DNA from: Candidatus Daviesbacteria bacterium | GTDB lineage: Bacteria; Patescibacteriota; Microgenomatia; Daviesbacterales; UBA10151 | Direction: 5' to 3' | DNA: 64,000 nt | NCBI GenBank assembly: GCA_016195715.1 | Contig: JACPZA010000010.1 | Coordinates: 14,307-78,306, forward strand | In this document: positions 10,401 to 19,839 of the stretch, piece by piece | Numbering within the stretch: the first letter of the stretch is position 1 | Layout of the letters: the number at the start of each line of letters is the position of its first letter | Position numbers and translations under genes: made by a program | Notes under the pieces: generated by a model | Told to the model about the DNA's origin: nothing | What the model saw: the letters and a program-made list of their open reading frames with translations, nothing else | Databases searched by the model: none

Positions 10401-10994
10401 GGTTTTTATTTACATGAACCACCTTACTTAAAATCTTTGCGTCAAATTGATCAATATGTAGCTTTAAAAATAAAAGACATTGCTGAAGAACATATTGGCA
10501 GAAAAACTACTTTGGGAGGAGTCATTATGGAAGTTAAAAAAGTTTTAACAAAAAAAAGAGCTCAAGAAATGGCTTTTGTAAAATTATTTGATGGCAGTGG
10601 CGAGATAGAAACAGTAATTTTTCCGACAATTTTTGCTCAAAATAAAGAGTTGCTTGAGAAAGAACAAGTAGTGATTTTTGTAGGTAAATTGGATAAAAGG
10701 GAGGATAGTTTTTCTTTGATTGTAGATAGTTTAGAAATATTTGATGAAGATACTATGCCTAAAAATTCTCCATCTGAAATAGAAATAGAAATTCCCAAAG
10801 ATGCGACTTCTGATTTACTCCAAAAAGTTAACTTAACATTAAGGCAATTTCCTGGAAATTCTTCAATTGCAATTTTAATTCCAGCAGGATCTGATTTTAA
10901 AAAAATGAATTTAAGTTTTACTGTTGATCCAACTACAGAGCTTGTTAAAAATATTGAACAAATTTTAGGCCCAAATGCTATCCGCTTGCTTTAA
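7419..10994 (+). CDS. dnaE: DNA polymerase III alpha subunit
   Basis: It has an N-terminal PHP domain (FVHLHTHSEYSLLDG), a polymerase core and a C-terminal OB region over 1191 aa. The true start may be the ATG at 7431. Confidence 0.95.
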   Translation: MLRNMPNFVHLHTHSEYSLLDGLSKIPKLVKAAKDLGMNSLAITDHGSMYGAIEFYKACISHDIKPIIGCELYVAPRSHKSKEGKADAEPYHLTVLAKNYQGYLNLMKLVSISHLEGFYYKPRVDKELLKEFHEGLICLSGCPAGEFIRSLEEESLKKAEEVAKTYLEIFGEGNYYLELQNHFYSELLKDSTLDPVVRKDLENMNQIQASTWKAAKLISKKMEIKVVATNDLHYIKETDAPAQDALVCIQTAKFLTDLNRLRMIDTPNLYLKSPEEMQEAFLDLPQALESSVEIAQKCDLEIPLGTAKFPVFEIPEDKTPNQYLRELTFERAKLLFELTDERQKRLDYELSVIEKKKYATYFLVVQDFINWAHSQGIITNTRGSAAGSLVLYALGVTNIDPIHYLLPFERFLNPFRPSLPDIDADLADDRRDEVIRYVMNRYGEDRVAHIVTFGTMMGRAAIRDIGRVMAIPYGEVDRIAKLVPPPHQGFHKPLADAIKEVPELNDLHKNNPQGKRLLDLAVKVEGTVRHASVHAAGIVIAPEPLTNYTPLQRESNGEKIVAQYDMFSVEEVGLVKMDFLGIRNLSILGRAVEYVKNNRGIEVDLQNVDLNDKKAFEVLSKGETMGLFQLEGSGMTKHLVDLKPNSIFDIMAMIALYRPGPMGIIPEYILRKHNSKKISFFHPRMKEYLERSLGLLVYQDDVLLTAINIAGYSWEEADKFRKAMGKKIPEEMAKQKDHFIEGCVENGMERKKAEELFKLIEPFAAYGFNKAHAASYAMIAYQTAYMKANFPVEFMAAVMTAEYGDTDKIALAIEECKRMGIVVLPPDINFSSIGFSLETLKALSQEDLDRQITDIAEIQLEKKAKVPNQGIRFGLSAIKNVGMGAIESILEAKAKKSFSSLFDLCSRVDTRLVNRKTLESLIKAGALDSFGTRAAQLLSLDQCLEEAHKNAKATLTGQASLFEDEESFSSSSFNLTEVEEMSLDKLLIFEKDLLGFYLHEPPYLKSLRQIDQYVALKIKDIAEEHIGRKTTLGGVIMEVKKVLTKKRAQEMAFVKLFDGSGEIETVIFPTIFAQNKELLEKEQVVIFVGKLDKREDSFSLIVDSLEIFDEDTMPKNSPSEIEIEIPKDATSDLLQKVNLTLRQFPGNSSIAILIPAGSDFKKMNLSFTVDPTTELVKNIEQILGPNAIRLL

Positions 10995-11028
10995 AATTTG
11001 ATAGATAGTAAAATTGTAAGGTTAAAAT

Positions 11029-11370
11029 ATGATTTCAGTACTATATAAGCCAAGCTTGCCTTCTGGTGAAGGTAAAGATATAAATTTACATATTGGGGAC
11101 ACTTTAAGAGTTAAAAACACTGTGGTTGAAGGTGGTAAATCTCGTGTTCAAACTTTTGAAGGGATTCTAATTGCTATGTCTGGTCGGGGCGAAAATAAAA
11201 CAATTATGGTAAGAAGAGTTGGGGATAGAGGTATTGGAGTGGAGCGAATTTGGCCACTTAATTCAAGAAGTATTGTAGATATTGAAGTAAAGAAAAAGGC
11301 TACAAAGGTAAGAAGATCCAAGCTTTATTATCTTCGTGAGTTAACTGGTAAAGATGCTGTAAGAGTCTAG
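11029..11370 (+). CDS. rplS: 50S ribosomal protein L19
   Basis: It matches the L19 core (GDTLRVKNTVVEGGKSRVQTFEGILIA...KLYYLRELTGK). Confidence 0.9.
   Translation: MISVLYKPSLPSGEGKDINLHIGDTLRVKNTVVEGGKSRVQTFEGILIAMSGRGENKTIMVRRVGDRGIGVERIWPLNSRSIVDIEVKKKATKVRRSKLYYLRELTGKDAVRV
11039..11076 (+). repeat. in-frame repeat shared with purL (25-nt exact core at 11052..11076)
   Basis: aagcttgccttctggtgaaggtaaa is identical at 18613..18637. The flanking bases extend the similarity to about 40 nt. Confidence 0.8.
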
Positions 11371-11792
11371 TTTCTTCTTAGATCAAAATTTTGACTTGGC
11401 TGGGGCATTTTTAAATTTGGCATCCCTTGAGTTTCATGTCCAAAGTGTTCCATGCGGATCAACTGCCCGTAGTCTCTTCTGCTAAATTCAGTTTTTATAA
11501 TTTCCTCTGCGAGGTTTAATCGGTGAGAAAGTAGTTGATGGTCTCTTCGAATACTGTTCGCCAATCCTAACCCAAATAGACCGCCAGTTGCTAAAAAAGA
11601 TAGAAATTCTAATGTTGAAGGTATCCTTGGCATTGCATAGGCTTCAACAATCCAACTCGTAAAAGCTATTCCAGTAACTGCTATATTATAAGCTAATTCC
11701 CGCCTTTTTTCATTAACTCTATCATGAGCACGTCTTAAATTGCCTAAAATGATTTCTCTGGGTAATATTTTATTAGTCCTTCCTTCAATCAT
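11367..11792 (-). CDS. hypothetical membrane protein
   Basis: It is a 141-aa ORF with two hydrophobic segments, convergent with rplS and overlapping it by 4 nt. No family was recognised. Confidence 0.35.
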   Translation of the reverse strand: MIEGRTNKILPREIILGNLRRAHDRVNEKRRELAYNIAVTGIAFTSWIVEAYAMPRIPSTLEFLSFLATGGLFGLGLANSIRRDHQLLSHRLNLAEEIIKTEFSRRDYGQLIRMEHFGHETQGMPNLKMPQPSQNFDLRRN

Positions 11793-11808
11793 GGCTTGAT
11801 TATAAAGT

Positions 11809-12450
11809 ATGAGTTATAATTTTAGCAAAATTATGATTTTTCCAACTTTGGATTTGGAGAGAAAACTTTGGAGTCAGGGCTATAGATTAGTTTGTGGGAT
11901 TGATGAAGTCGGCAGAGGCTGTTTTGCAGGACCAGTTGTAGCTGGAGCAGTAATTTTTGCTCCAAACTGCGAACTTATAGATGGGGTTGCAGATTCTAAA
12001 CTTCTTAAACCCAGACAAAGAGAAAAATTAGCAGTAAAAATTAAAGATCAAGCTTTGTTTTGGGCAGTTGGAGAAATCTCTGTAACTCACATTGATAAGT
12101 TAGGAATTGGTAAAGCTACCCAAATGGCTTTTCGTAAAGCAATCAAAAATTTAGCAAAAAACCCGGATGTTACCTTAATTGATGCTTTTTATATCAAACA
12201 TTTAAATAGAAAATATCAAAAAGCTGTCAAAGATGGAGATACAATTTGTGCTTCAATTTCGGCTGCATCTATTATAGCTAAAGTTTACAGGGATAAATTA
12301 ATGAGATCTTTGGATGAAAAATACCCTGAATATGGGTTTGCTAAACACAAAGGTTATGGAACAAAGCTTCATCAAGAAGCCATTAAAAAATATGGATTAA
12401 CTAGATTGCACAGAAAATCATTTAACCTAGCAAAATTTCTAACAATTTAA
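11809..12450 (+). CDS. rnhB: ribonuclease HII
   Basis: It carries the GIDEVGRGCFAGPVVAGAV motif. Confidence 0.9.
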   Translation: MSYNFSKIMIFPTLDLERKLWSQGYRLVCGIDEVGRGCFAGPVVAGAVIFAPNCELIDGVADSKLLKPRQREKLAVKIKDQALFWAVGEISVTHIDKLGIGKATQMAFRKAIKNLAKNPDVTLIDAFYIKHLNRKYQKAVKDGDTICASISAASIIAKVYRDKLMRSLDEKYPEYGFAKHKGYGTKLHQEAIKKYGLTRLHRKSFNLAKFLTI

Positions 12451-12809
12451 TGTCAACTGTTACTACTGGAAATAAAGCTGAATCTATAGCTTGTGAGTAT
12501 CTAAAAAAAATAGGCTATCAAATTTTAGCTAGAAATTATCGAATCAGAGGTGGAGAAATAGATATTGTCGCAAAAGAGAGTATGGACTTAGTTTTTGTAG
12601 AAGTTAAAGCTAGGTTTTCGCATAATTTTGGTACTCCATTTGAATCAATTACTCCTTGGAAGATAAAAGCCTTAAAAAAAACTGCTCTTTTTTATATTCA
12701 AAAAATAAATTGGGGAGATAAGGGTTACAGATTTGATGTTATTTCTATTGATTATTCTGATTCAAAACTTGACCCAAAAATAGAAATTATTAAAAATGCT
12801 TTTGTTTAA
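12450..12809 (+). CDS. yraN: YraN/UPF0102 family endonuclease
   Basis: It shows the GE.A..YL...GY.IL.RN.R...GEID, VFVEVKAR pattern and its usual position after rnhB. Confidence 0.8.
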   Translation: MSTVTTGNKAESIACEYLKKIGYQILARNYRIRGGEIDIVAKESMDLVFVEVKARFSHNFGTPFESITPWKIKALKKTALFYIQKINWGDKGYRFDVISIDYSDSKLDPKIEIIKNAFV

Positions 12810-12830
12810 TGAAACTAAAATTGAATAACT

Positions 12831-13277
12831 ATGAAAAAAGGTGTTGATTATATTGGTGTAGGAGTCGGAGCAGCTATTATTAAAAATGGCAAAATTTTAA
12901 TAACCAAAAGAGGGAAAAAATCTAAAAATGAAATAGGAAAATGGGAGATTCCGGGTGGAAGTGTTGAATTTGGAGAAACTTTTAGAGAGGCTTTAATAAG
13001 GGAAGTCAAAGAAGCGCTGGATATTAAGATTGAAGTAGTTGAATTATTAGGTATTTGTGATCATATTATTTTGGGCGAAAAACAACATTGGGTATCCCCT
13101 ACTTACCTTTGTAAAATCAAAAAAGGGAAGCCAAAAATCAAAGAGCCTGAAAAATGTGAAGAAATTGGTTGGTTTAGTTTAGAGGAAGCTTCAAAGTTAC
13201 CTCTTTCGATCGTAACTTTATTTGACATAAAAGCACTTCAAAAGAAATTCCCAAAAGGTCTTTCTAATTTCAAATGA
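12831..13277 (+). CDS. NUDIX hydrolase
   Basis: It has a Nudix box (GGSVEFGETFREALIREVKEALDI). Confidence 0.8.
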   Translation: MKKGVDYIGVGVGAAIIKNGKILITKRGKKSKNEIGKWEIPGGSVEFGETFREALIREVKEALDIKIEVVELLGICDHIILGEKQHWVSPTYLCKIKKGKPKIKEPEKCEEIGWFSLEEASKLPLSIVTLFDIKALQKKFPKGLSNFK

Positions 13278-13336
13278 TTCTTAATAATTGTTTTTAATGA
13301 ATTTTCTGTGTTAGGATATTCGCTGTTGTCTTTTTA

Positions 13337-14884
13337 ATGGATAACTCAAAATATTGTTTAATATCTGTTTCAGATAAAGATGGAATTAGCGATTTTGCAA
13401 AAAGTATCGCTAAATTAGGCTACAAAATTATCTCCACTGGTGGAACTTTAAAACATCTTCAAAACTCTGGTTTACACCTCGGAGGTGTGAACCTAATTCC
13501 GATTGAGCAAATTACCGGTAATCCAGAAAGTTTTGATGGTAGGATGAAAACCATTAGTTTTCAAATTGAATCGGGCATTTTATTTGATAGAAAAAATCCA
13601 GAACATGTTAAACAAGCAAAAGAATTAAATATTTTACCAATTGATTTAGTAGTTTGTAATTTATATCCATTTGAAAAAGAAAATTCGATAGAAAATATTG
13701 ATGTGGGGGGACCAACTATGATTCGCTCAGCTGCTAAAAATTATCAAAATGTGATTGCGATTGTTGATCCGAAAGATTATCAAATTGTGTCAGATGCTTT
13801 AATAAGTAAAAAAGCTGATGAAGAATTCAGAAGAAAATTAGCTGCTAAAGCTTTTTGGCATTTGAGCTTTTATGATTCCCAAGTTGCCAGATTTTTTAAT
13901 AGAATTCAATTTCCAGAAGAACTAACAATTCCTTTAAAAAGATTTGGAGATTTGCGCTATGGAGAAAATCCTCACCAGAAAGCTACATTTTATTTAGAGC
14001 CAGGAACAAATTCTCCCTTAAAAAATTTAAAATGGTTTTGGGGAAGGGAATTATCTTTGGTTAACTTAACAGATATTAATGCTGGTTTAGAATCAATTAG
14101 GTCTTTTGGAAAGCCTTGTGCAGTAGTTATAAAACACAACACACCCTGTGGGATTGCCTTGGGTGAAAATTCCTCACAAGCTCTAAAGCGAGCAATTGAG
14201 GCAGATCCAGAATCAGCATTTGGTGGAGTAATTATTTTAAATAAAAGCTTTGATTTAAAGTCAGCTAAAATTATAGCTTCTTTTAAAGATGAAAGAAGGG
14301 GAAATATTGATATTATTGCTGCGCCAAAAATAGAAAAAAATGCTCTAGATTTATTAAAAAAAGTTAGAAAAACGATGGGTGTTTATGAGTTTGGAGATAT
14401 CCCAAAACAGATTAAAAATGAAACTAATTTAAAGTGGATTGAGGGTGGGTTAATTGTTCAGACACCAGACATTGATCTAGAAACTGGATTTTCTAATTGG
14501 GAAGTGGTGACAAAAATTAAGCCAACTGAAGACCAACTTGCTCAGATGAAAATTGCTTGGTTGTTTTTAACTAAAATGAGATCCAATGCAGTGATTGTGG
14601 TGGATAAAGATTTGCCAATGACTAGGGGAATTGGTACTGGGCAAACCTCTAGAGTTCGAGCTACAAAAATTGCCCTGGAGCAATCAGATAGTTTTTGCCA
14701 AGATGCAATTTTAGCATCTGACAGTTTTTTTCCGTTTGGAGACTCTGTAAAAGAAGCTGCAAAACATGGAATAGGTGCAATAATTCAACAAGGTGATTCA
14801 ATCAATGATGCTCTCTCAGTTGATGAAGCCAATAAAGCTGGAATCCCCATGATCTTTACTCACCGCCGCGCCTTCTGGCACTAA
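13337..14884 (+). CDS. purH: bifunctional AICAR transformylase/IMP cyclohydrolase
   Basis: It has an MGS-like N-terminus (ISVSDKDGI...ISTGGT) and the AICARFT domain over 515 aa. Confidence 0.9.
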   Translation: MDNSKYCLISVSDKDGISDFAKSIAKLGYKIISTGGTLKHLQNSGLHLGGVNLIPIEQITGNPESFDGRMKTISFQIESGILFDRKNPEHVKQAKELNILPIDLVVCNLYPFEKENSIENIDVGGPTMIRSAAKNYQNVIAIVDPKDYQIVSDALISKKADEEFRRKLAAKAFWHLSFYDSQVARFFNRIQFPEELTIPLKRFGDLRYGENPHQKATFYLEPGTNSPLKNLKWFWGRELSLVNLTDINAGLESIRSFGKPCAVVIKHNTPCGIALGENSSQALKRAIEADPESAFGGVIILNKSFDLKSAKIIASFKDERRGNIDIIAAPKIEKNALDLLKKVRKTMGVYEFGDIPKQIKNETNLKWIEGGLIVQTPDIDLETGFSNWEVVTKIKPTEDQLAQMKIAWLFLTKMRSNAVIVVDKDLPMTRGIGTGQTSRVRATKIALEQSDSFCQDAILASDSFFPFGDSVKEAAKHGIGAIIQQGDSINDALSVDEANKAGIPMIFTHRRAFWH

Positions 14885-14928
14885 GAGTTGTTTTTAATGA
14901 TTATTTTTTTTATGATGTTGGCAATCAA

Positions 14929-15531
14929 ATGAAGAGACTTGCTGTTTTAGTTTCAAATGCTGGGACTGGGAGTAATTTACAAGCAATTATTCAAGCAATT
15001 AAAACTCAAGAATTAAAAGCTGAAATTATTTTAGTTGTAAGTGATGGAGAAGATGCAAGTGGATTAAAAAGAGCCCAAGAAAATAATATACTCACTCTAG
15101 TAATCAATTCTTCTGATAACTTATTAAAGATTCTTCAAGAAAAAAATGTTGACTATATTTGTTTAGCAGGATGGAAGCAAATTATTTCAGATGAAATGCT
15201 AGATAAATTTAAAAATAGAATTTTAAATATTCATCCTGGTTTAATTCCAGATTCGCTGGATGGTGTAGTTAAGAATCCTGATGGATCTGAGGGGTTATGG
15301 AATAAGGGAAAATTTACCAATATAGCCATTCAAAATTTTTTTGATCAACATGCAACTTATGCTGGATCAACAGTCCATTTTTTATCAAAGGAGTTTGACT
15401 TTGGAAAAGTTTTAAAAAGATGTTTTGTAAAAATAGAAAAAGAAGATAATGTTGATTCTTTATATCAAAAATTAAAAGTAGAGGAAAATAAAATTTATGT
15501 GGAGGCACTAATTCAACTTTGCAATGAATGA
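14929..15531 (+). CDS. purN: phosphoribosylglycinamide formyltransferase
   Basis: It has the LAVLVSNAGTGSNLQAII N-terminus, and its context fits. Confidence 0.85.
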   Translation: MKRLAVLVSNAGTGSNLQAIIQAIKTQELKAEIILVVSDGEDASGLKRAQENNILTLVINSSDNLLKILQEKNVDYICLAGWKQIISDEMLDKFKNRILNIHPGLIPDSLDGVVKNPDGSEGLWNKGKFTNIAIQNFFDQHATYAGSTVHFLSKEFDFGKVLKRCFVKIEKEDNVDSLYQKLKVEENKIYVEALIQLCNE

Positions 15532-16825
15532 GCACAGCTTTTACAATCGTAATAAAATATTAATAGTTGGTTCGGGTGGAAGAGAGCATGCTATTGGATG
15601 GAAGTTAAAACAATCACCAAAGGTTAGTGAATTATTTTTTGCACCGGGTAATGGTGGAACTTCTTTAATTGGCACAAATTTAGATTTTAAAGTTTTAGAT
15701 AATGAAGGAATTGCAAAATGGGCTAAGCGAAATAAGATTGATTTGGTAGTAGTTGGACCGGATGATCCATTAGCAAATGGAATGGTTGACTATTTAAATA
15801 AATTTGGAATTAAAGCATTTGGTCCAAGCAAATTATCTGCTGAAATTGAATCTTCAAAAGTCTTTGCTAAAAAATTAATGCAAGAAGAAAATATTCCAAC
15901 TGCAAAGTTTAAAACATTTACAAATTTTAAAAATGCTGTTGAATATCTAAAGCAACAAAATTTTCCAATTGTTTTAAAAGCCTCTGGTTTGGCACTTGGG
16001 AAAGGGGTCATAATAGCAAAGAGTGTGGAGGAGGGAGTTAAAGGCTTAGCAGATATTATGGTAAAAAAGATTTTTGAAGATGCAGGCAGTGAAGTGGTTA
16101 TTGAAGAGTTTTTAGAAGGACAAGAAATCTCTATACATGTTTTTTGTGATGGAAAAAACTATTCAATTTTTCCAAGTTCTCAAGATCACAAGGCAATTTT
16201 TGATGGAGATAAAGGACCTAACACAGGAGGAATGGGGACTATTGCGCCAGTTGGGTGGGTGAGCGATGAGTTAATGGATAGGATAGAAAAGGAGATAGTT
16301 ATCCCGACTTTAGCGGGTTTGAAAAAAAGAGGTCGAGAATTTAAAGGGATTTTATATCCAGGAGTTATGGTCACAAACAAAGGTCCAAAAGTTTTAGAAT
16401 TTAACGCCAGATTTGGGGATCCAGAGGTGGAAAGTTATTTAAGACTTTTAAAGACAGATTTATTTGATATTTTTATGGCTTGTATTGATGGAACTTTAAA
16501 TGAATTAAATATTGAATGGGAAAAAAAGTTTGCTTGTTGTATTGTTTTGGCATCTGGTGGTTATCCTGGAAGCTATGAGAAGGGGAAAGAGATCTCTGGA
16601 ATTAATGAAGCAGAAAAAATTGATGAAGTGGTAGTGTTTCATGCAGGAACAAAAGCAGAAAAAGGAAAATTACTGACAAATGGTGGACGAGTTTTAGGAA
16701 TTTCAGCGACTGGCAATAACCTGGATCAAGCTTTAGAAAAAGTATACCAAGCTATTAAAAAAGTTAATTTTGAGGGAATGCAATATAGATTAGATATTGG
16801 CAAAAGAAAACCATTTACAGTATAA
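15524..16825 (+). CDS. purD: phosphoribosylamine-glycine ligase
   Basis: It has the ILIVGSGGREHAIGWKL N-terminus and an ATP-grasp domain. Confidence 0.95.
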   Translation: MNEHSFYNRNKILIVGSGGREHAIGWKLKQSPKVSELFFAPGNGGTSLIGTNLDFKVLDNEGIAKWAKRNKIDLVVVGPDDPLANGMVDYLNKFGIKAFGPSKLSAEIESSKVFAKKLMQEENIPTAKFKTFTNFKNAVEYLKQQNFPIVLKASGLALGKGVIIAKSVEEGVKGLADIMVKKIFEDAGSEVVIEEFLEGQEISIHVFCDGKNYSIFPSSQDHKAIFDGDKGPNTGGMGTIAPVGWVSDELMDRIEKEIVIPTLAGLKKRGREFKGILYPGVMVTNKGPKVLEFNARFGDPEVESYLRLLKTDLFDIFMACIDGTLNELNIEWEKKFACCIVLASGGYPGSYEKGKEISGINEAEKIDEVVVFHAGTKAEKGKLLTNGGRVLGISATGNNLDQALEKVYQAIKKVNFEGMQYRLDIGKRKPFTV

Positions 16826-16831
16826 TTAAAT

Positions 16832-19800
16832 ATGGTTGCACGAATTGAAGTTTTTGCAAAAGTTGAAGACACTAGAGCCAAGGTCAAAAAAAAGAAGTTA
16901 GAAAGTAGTGATTTCCCCGGAAAAATTCAAGAGCTTTTTTTAGTTGATGTTTTTACTATTGATAAAAGTTTTTCTCTTTCACAGTTTGAAAAAATTGCCC
17001 GGATGTTAATAAATCCTGTCAGCCAGGAATTTGTAGTTTCAACTGAAAAAGACAAAAAATATTTAAATTTAAAAAAATTTGATTTCGCAATTGAAATAGG
17101 TTTTTTACCTGGAGTGACAGATAATATTGCGCACACTGTTAAAGAAGAAATTGAAGATTCATTTAAAGAAAAATTTGCTCAAGGAGAGAATGTTTATTCC
17201 TCACAGATAATTTTTATCTCCGGAAATTTGACTCAAAAAAACTCAGAAAATTTAGTTAAAAATCTAATTAACTCATTAATTCAACGAGCGGAAATTAAAA
17301 GTTATTCCCAATATATAAAAGATAGGGGAATGGATTTTATTGTTCCTAAAGTTAAATTAACAGGAAAAGCTGAAGTTATTGAGGTTGATTTAGATATTTC
17401 AGATGAGCAGTTAACTTTAATTGGTAAACAGGGAATTAAAAATAAAGATAATACAAGAAGAGGTCCTTTGGCGCTTGATTTAGTTTATTTAAAAGAAATT
17501 CAAAAATATTTTAAAAAATTAAACAGAAATCCAACAGATATTGAACTAGAAACTTTAGCTCAAACTTGGAGCGAGCATTGTAAACATACAATTTTTGCAG
17601 ATCCAATTGACGAAATTAAAAATGGCTTATTTAAAACTTACATCAAAGGAGCAACTGAAAAAATTAGAAAGAAAAAAGGCAAAAAGGATTTTTGTGTTTC
17701 AGTTTTTTCTGATAATTCTGGGGCAATAGAATTTGATAATAAATATTTAATTACTCATAAAGTTGAAACTCACAATTCCCCATCAGCTCTTGACCCATTT
17801 GGCGGCGCTTTAACTGGAATTGTTGGGGTGAATAGAGACACAATTGGTTTTGGACTTGGAAGTAAGCCAGTTTTAAATACTTATGGCTTTTGTTTTGCAG
17901 ATCCAAATAACTCAACTAGATATTTTAGAGATAAAGATCTAACTCAAGAGGTTTTATCAGCTAAAAAAATTATGGAGGGAGTAATTGAAGGAGTGAATGT
18001 TGGAGGAAATTGTTCAGGGATTCCTACACCCCAGGGCTTTTTATTTTTTGATGATAGATACAGAGCCAAGCCATTAGTTTTTTGCGGGACTGTTGGTTTA
18101 ATCCCGAAAAAAGCTGGAGCAAAATTATCACATATTAAAAAAGCCAAGCCAGGAGATTATATAGTAATGATTGGTGGGAGAGTTGGGTTAGATGGAATTC
18201 ATGGAGCGACATTTTCATCTGAGGAAATAAGTTCTGGTTCACCTGCAACAGCTGTTCAAATTGGTGATCCAATTACTCAAAAAAAGTTTTCAGACGCAAT
18301 AGTAAAGGATTCAAGAGATTTAAATTTATTTAATAGTATTACTGATAATGGTGCTGGAGGACTTTCTTCATCAGTTGGAGAAATGGCCAAGGAGTCTGGA
18401 GGATGTAAAGTTTTTTTAGAAAAAGTTCCGGTTAAATACCCAGGAATGCAACCTTGGCAGATTTGGATATCTGAATCACAGGAGCGAATGACTTTAGCAG
18501 TTGCCAAAAATAAATGGAAAAAATTCTCTAAACTTATGGAAAGTAGAGGAGTTGAGGCGACGATCATTGGAGAGTTTACAAACTCAGCTAAGTGTCAGGT
18601 GTTTTATAAGCAAAGCTTGCCTTCTGGTGAAGGTAAAAACAAATTAATTTTAGATTTGGAAATGGAATTTTTGCATAACGGTTTGCCAAAAATTCATCGA
18701 AAAACAAAAAAACCGAAATTAGATATTAATTCTCGATTATCCGTCGAACGAGAATATTTTTCAGCTAAAGAGGCTTTATTAAAAATGCTTTCTAGATTAA
18801 ATATTACCAGCTTTGAATTTATATCTCAGCAATATGATCATGAAGTTCAAGGAGAATCAGTCCTTAAGCCATTACAAGGTAAAGGTCGAGTAAATGGTGA
18901 GGCTACAATTTCCAGAGTTGTTTTAGATTCTGATCAAGGTGTAGTTTTATCACAAGGATTATATCCTTCTTATTCAGAGATTGATTCTTATCATATGGCT
19001 GCATCAAGTATTGATAGCGCAATTAGAAATGCAGTCTGTGTGGGAGCTAATTTAGAAAAATTAGCATTGCTGGATAATTTTTGTTGGTGTAGCAGCGATG
19101 ATCCAGAGAGGTTGTATCAATTAAAAATGGCAGCAAAAGCTTGTTATGACTATGCAGTTGCTTTTAGAACCCCATTTATTTCAGGTAAAGACAGTATGTT
19201 TAATGATTTTAAAGGATTTGATGAAAGGGGAGAGTCTGTAAAAATTTCTGTCCCCCCTACTCTATTAATTTCTTCAATTGGGATAATAGATGATATTAAA
19301 AAAGCTGTCTCTCTAGATTTAAAATTTCCAGGTGATTTAATTTATATTTTAGGTGAAACTTTTGATGAATTAGCTGGATCAGAACTTTACTTTATGTTAA
19401 ATCAATCTGGAGGTAATATTCCAAAAGTTAATGCAAAAGTTAATTTAAAACTTTATCAAAGTTTGCAAAAAGCAATTGAGCAAGAATTAGTTGCATCTGC
19501 TCAGTCTGTAAATAGAGGAGGACTTATAATTGCTTTAGCAAAAACTGCTCTAGCTGGAAAACTTGGTTTAGAAATTGATTTAAAAAAATTACCAGGAGTA
19601 GTCAAAAAAGATGATATTGCACTTTTTTCTGAAAGCCAGGGAAGAATTGTTGTCAGTGTAAGTCCAGAAAATTCTAAAAAGTTTGAAAAAATAATGAATG
19701 GAAATAATTTTAACTTAATTGGAGAAGTAAGAGGTGACAATCAATTTAAAGTTATGGGAATTTCTGGAAAAGCAATTATTGAAACTGATTTGGAAATTTT

Positions 19801-19837
19801 AGAAAAAGCGTATAAAAAAACATTTAATGATTATTAA
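16832..19837 (+). CDS. purL: FGAM synthase, PurS-PurL fusion (synthetase subunit)
   Basis: A PurS-like N-terminal module (…IARMLINPVSQEFVV) is followed by the small-PurL core (NPTDIELETLAQTWSEHCKHTIF, AIRS domains) over 1001 aa. Confidence 0.88.
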   Translation: MVARIEVFAKVEDTRAKVKKKKLESSDFPGKIQELFLVDVFTIDKSFSLSQFEKIARMLINPVSQEFVVSTEKDKKYLNLKKFDFAIEIGFLPGVTDNIAHTVKEEIEDSFKEKFAQGENVYSSQIIFISGNLTQKNSENLVKNLINSLIQRAEIKSYSQYIKDRGMDFIVPKVKLTGKAEVIEVDLDISDEQLTLIGKQGIKNKDNTRRGPLALDLVYLKEIQKYFKKLNRNPTDIELETLAQTWSEHCKHTIFADPIDEIKNGLFKTYIKGATEKIRKKKGKKDFCVSVFSDNSGAIEFDNKYLITHKVETHNSPSALDPFGGALTGIVGVNRDTIGFGLGSKPVLNTYGFCFADPNNSTRYFRDKDLTQEVLSAKKIMEGVIEGVNVGGNCSGIPTPQGFLFFDDRYRAKPLVFCGTVGLIPKKAGAKLSHIKKAKPGDYIVMIGGRVGLDGIHGATFSSEEISSGSPATAVQIGDPITQKKFSDAIVKDSRDLNLFNSITDNGAGGLSSSVGEMAKESGGCKVFLEKVPVKYPGMQPWQIWISESQERMTLAVAKNKWKKFSKLMESRGVEATIIGEFTNSAKCQVFYKQSLPSGEGKNKLILDLEMEFLHNGLPKIHRKTKKPKLDINSRLSVEREYFSAKEALLKMLSRLNITSFEFISQQYDHEVQGESVLKPLQGKGRVNGEATISRVVLDSDQGVVLSQGLYPSYSEIDSYHMAASSIDSAIRNAVCVGANLEKLALLDNFCWCSSDDPERLYQLKMAAKACYDYAVAFRTPFISGKDSMFNDFKGFDERGESVKISVPPTLLISSIGIIDDIKKAVSLDLKFPGDLIYILGETFDELAGSELYFMLNQSGGNIPKVNAKVNLKLYQSLQKAIEQELVASAQSVNRGGLIIALAKTALAGKLGLEIDLKKLPGVVKKDDIALFSESQGRIVVSVSPENSKKFEKIMNGNNFNLIGEVRGDNQFKVMGISGKAIIETDLEILEKAYKKTFNDY
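18599..18637 (+). repeat. in-frame repeat shared with rplS (25-nt exact core at 18613..18637)
   Basis: Inside purL it encodes VFYKQSLPSGEGK. In rplS the same nucleotides encode VLYKPSLPSGEGK. Confidence 0.8.
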
Positions 19838-19839
19838 AC

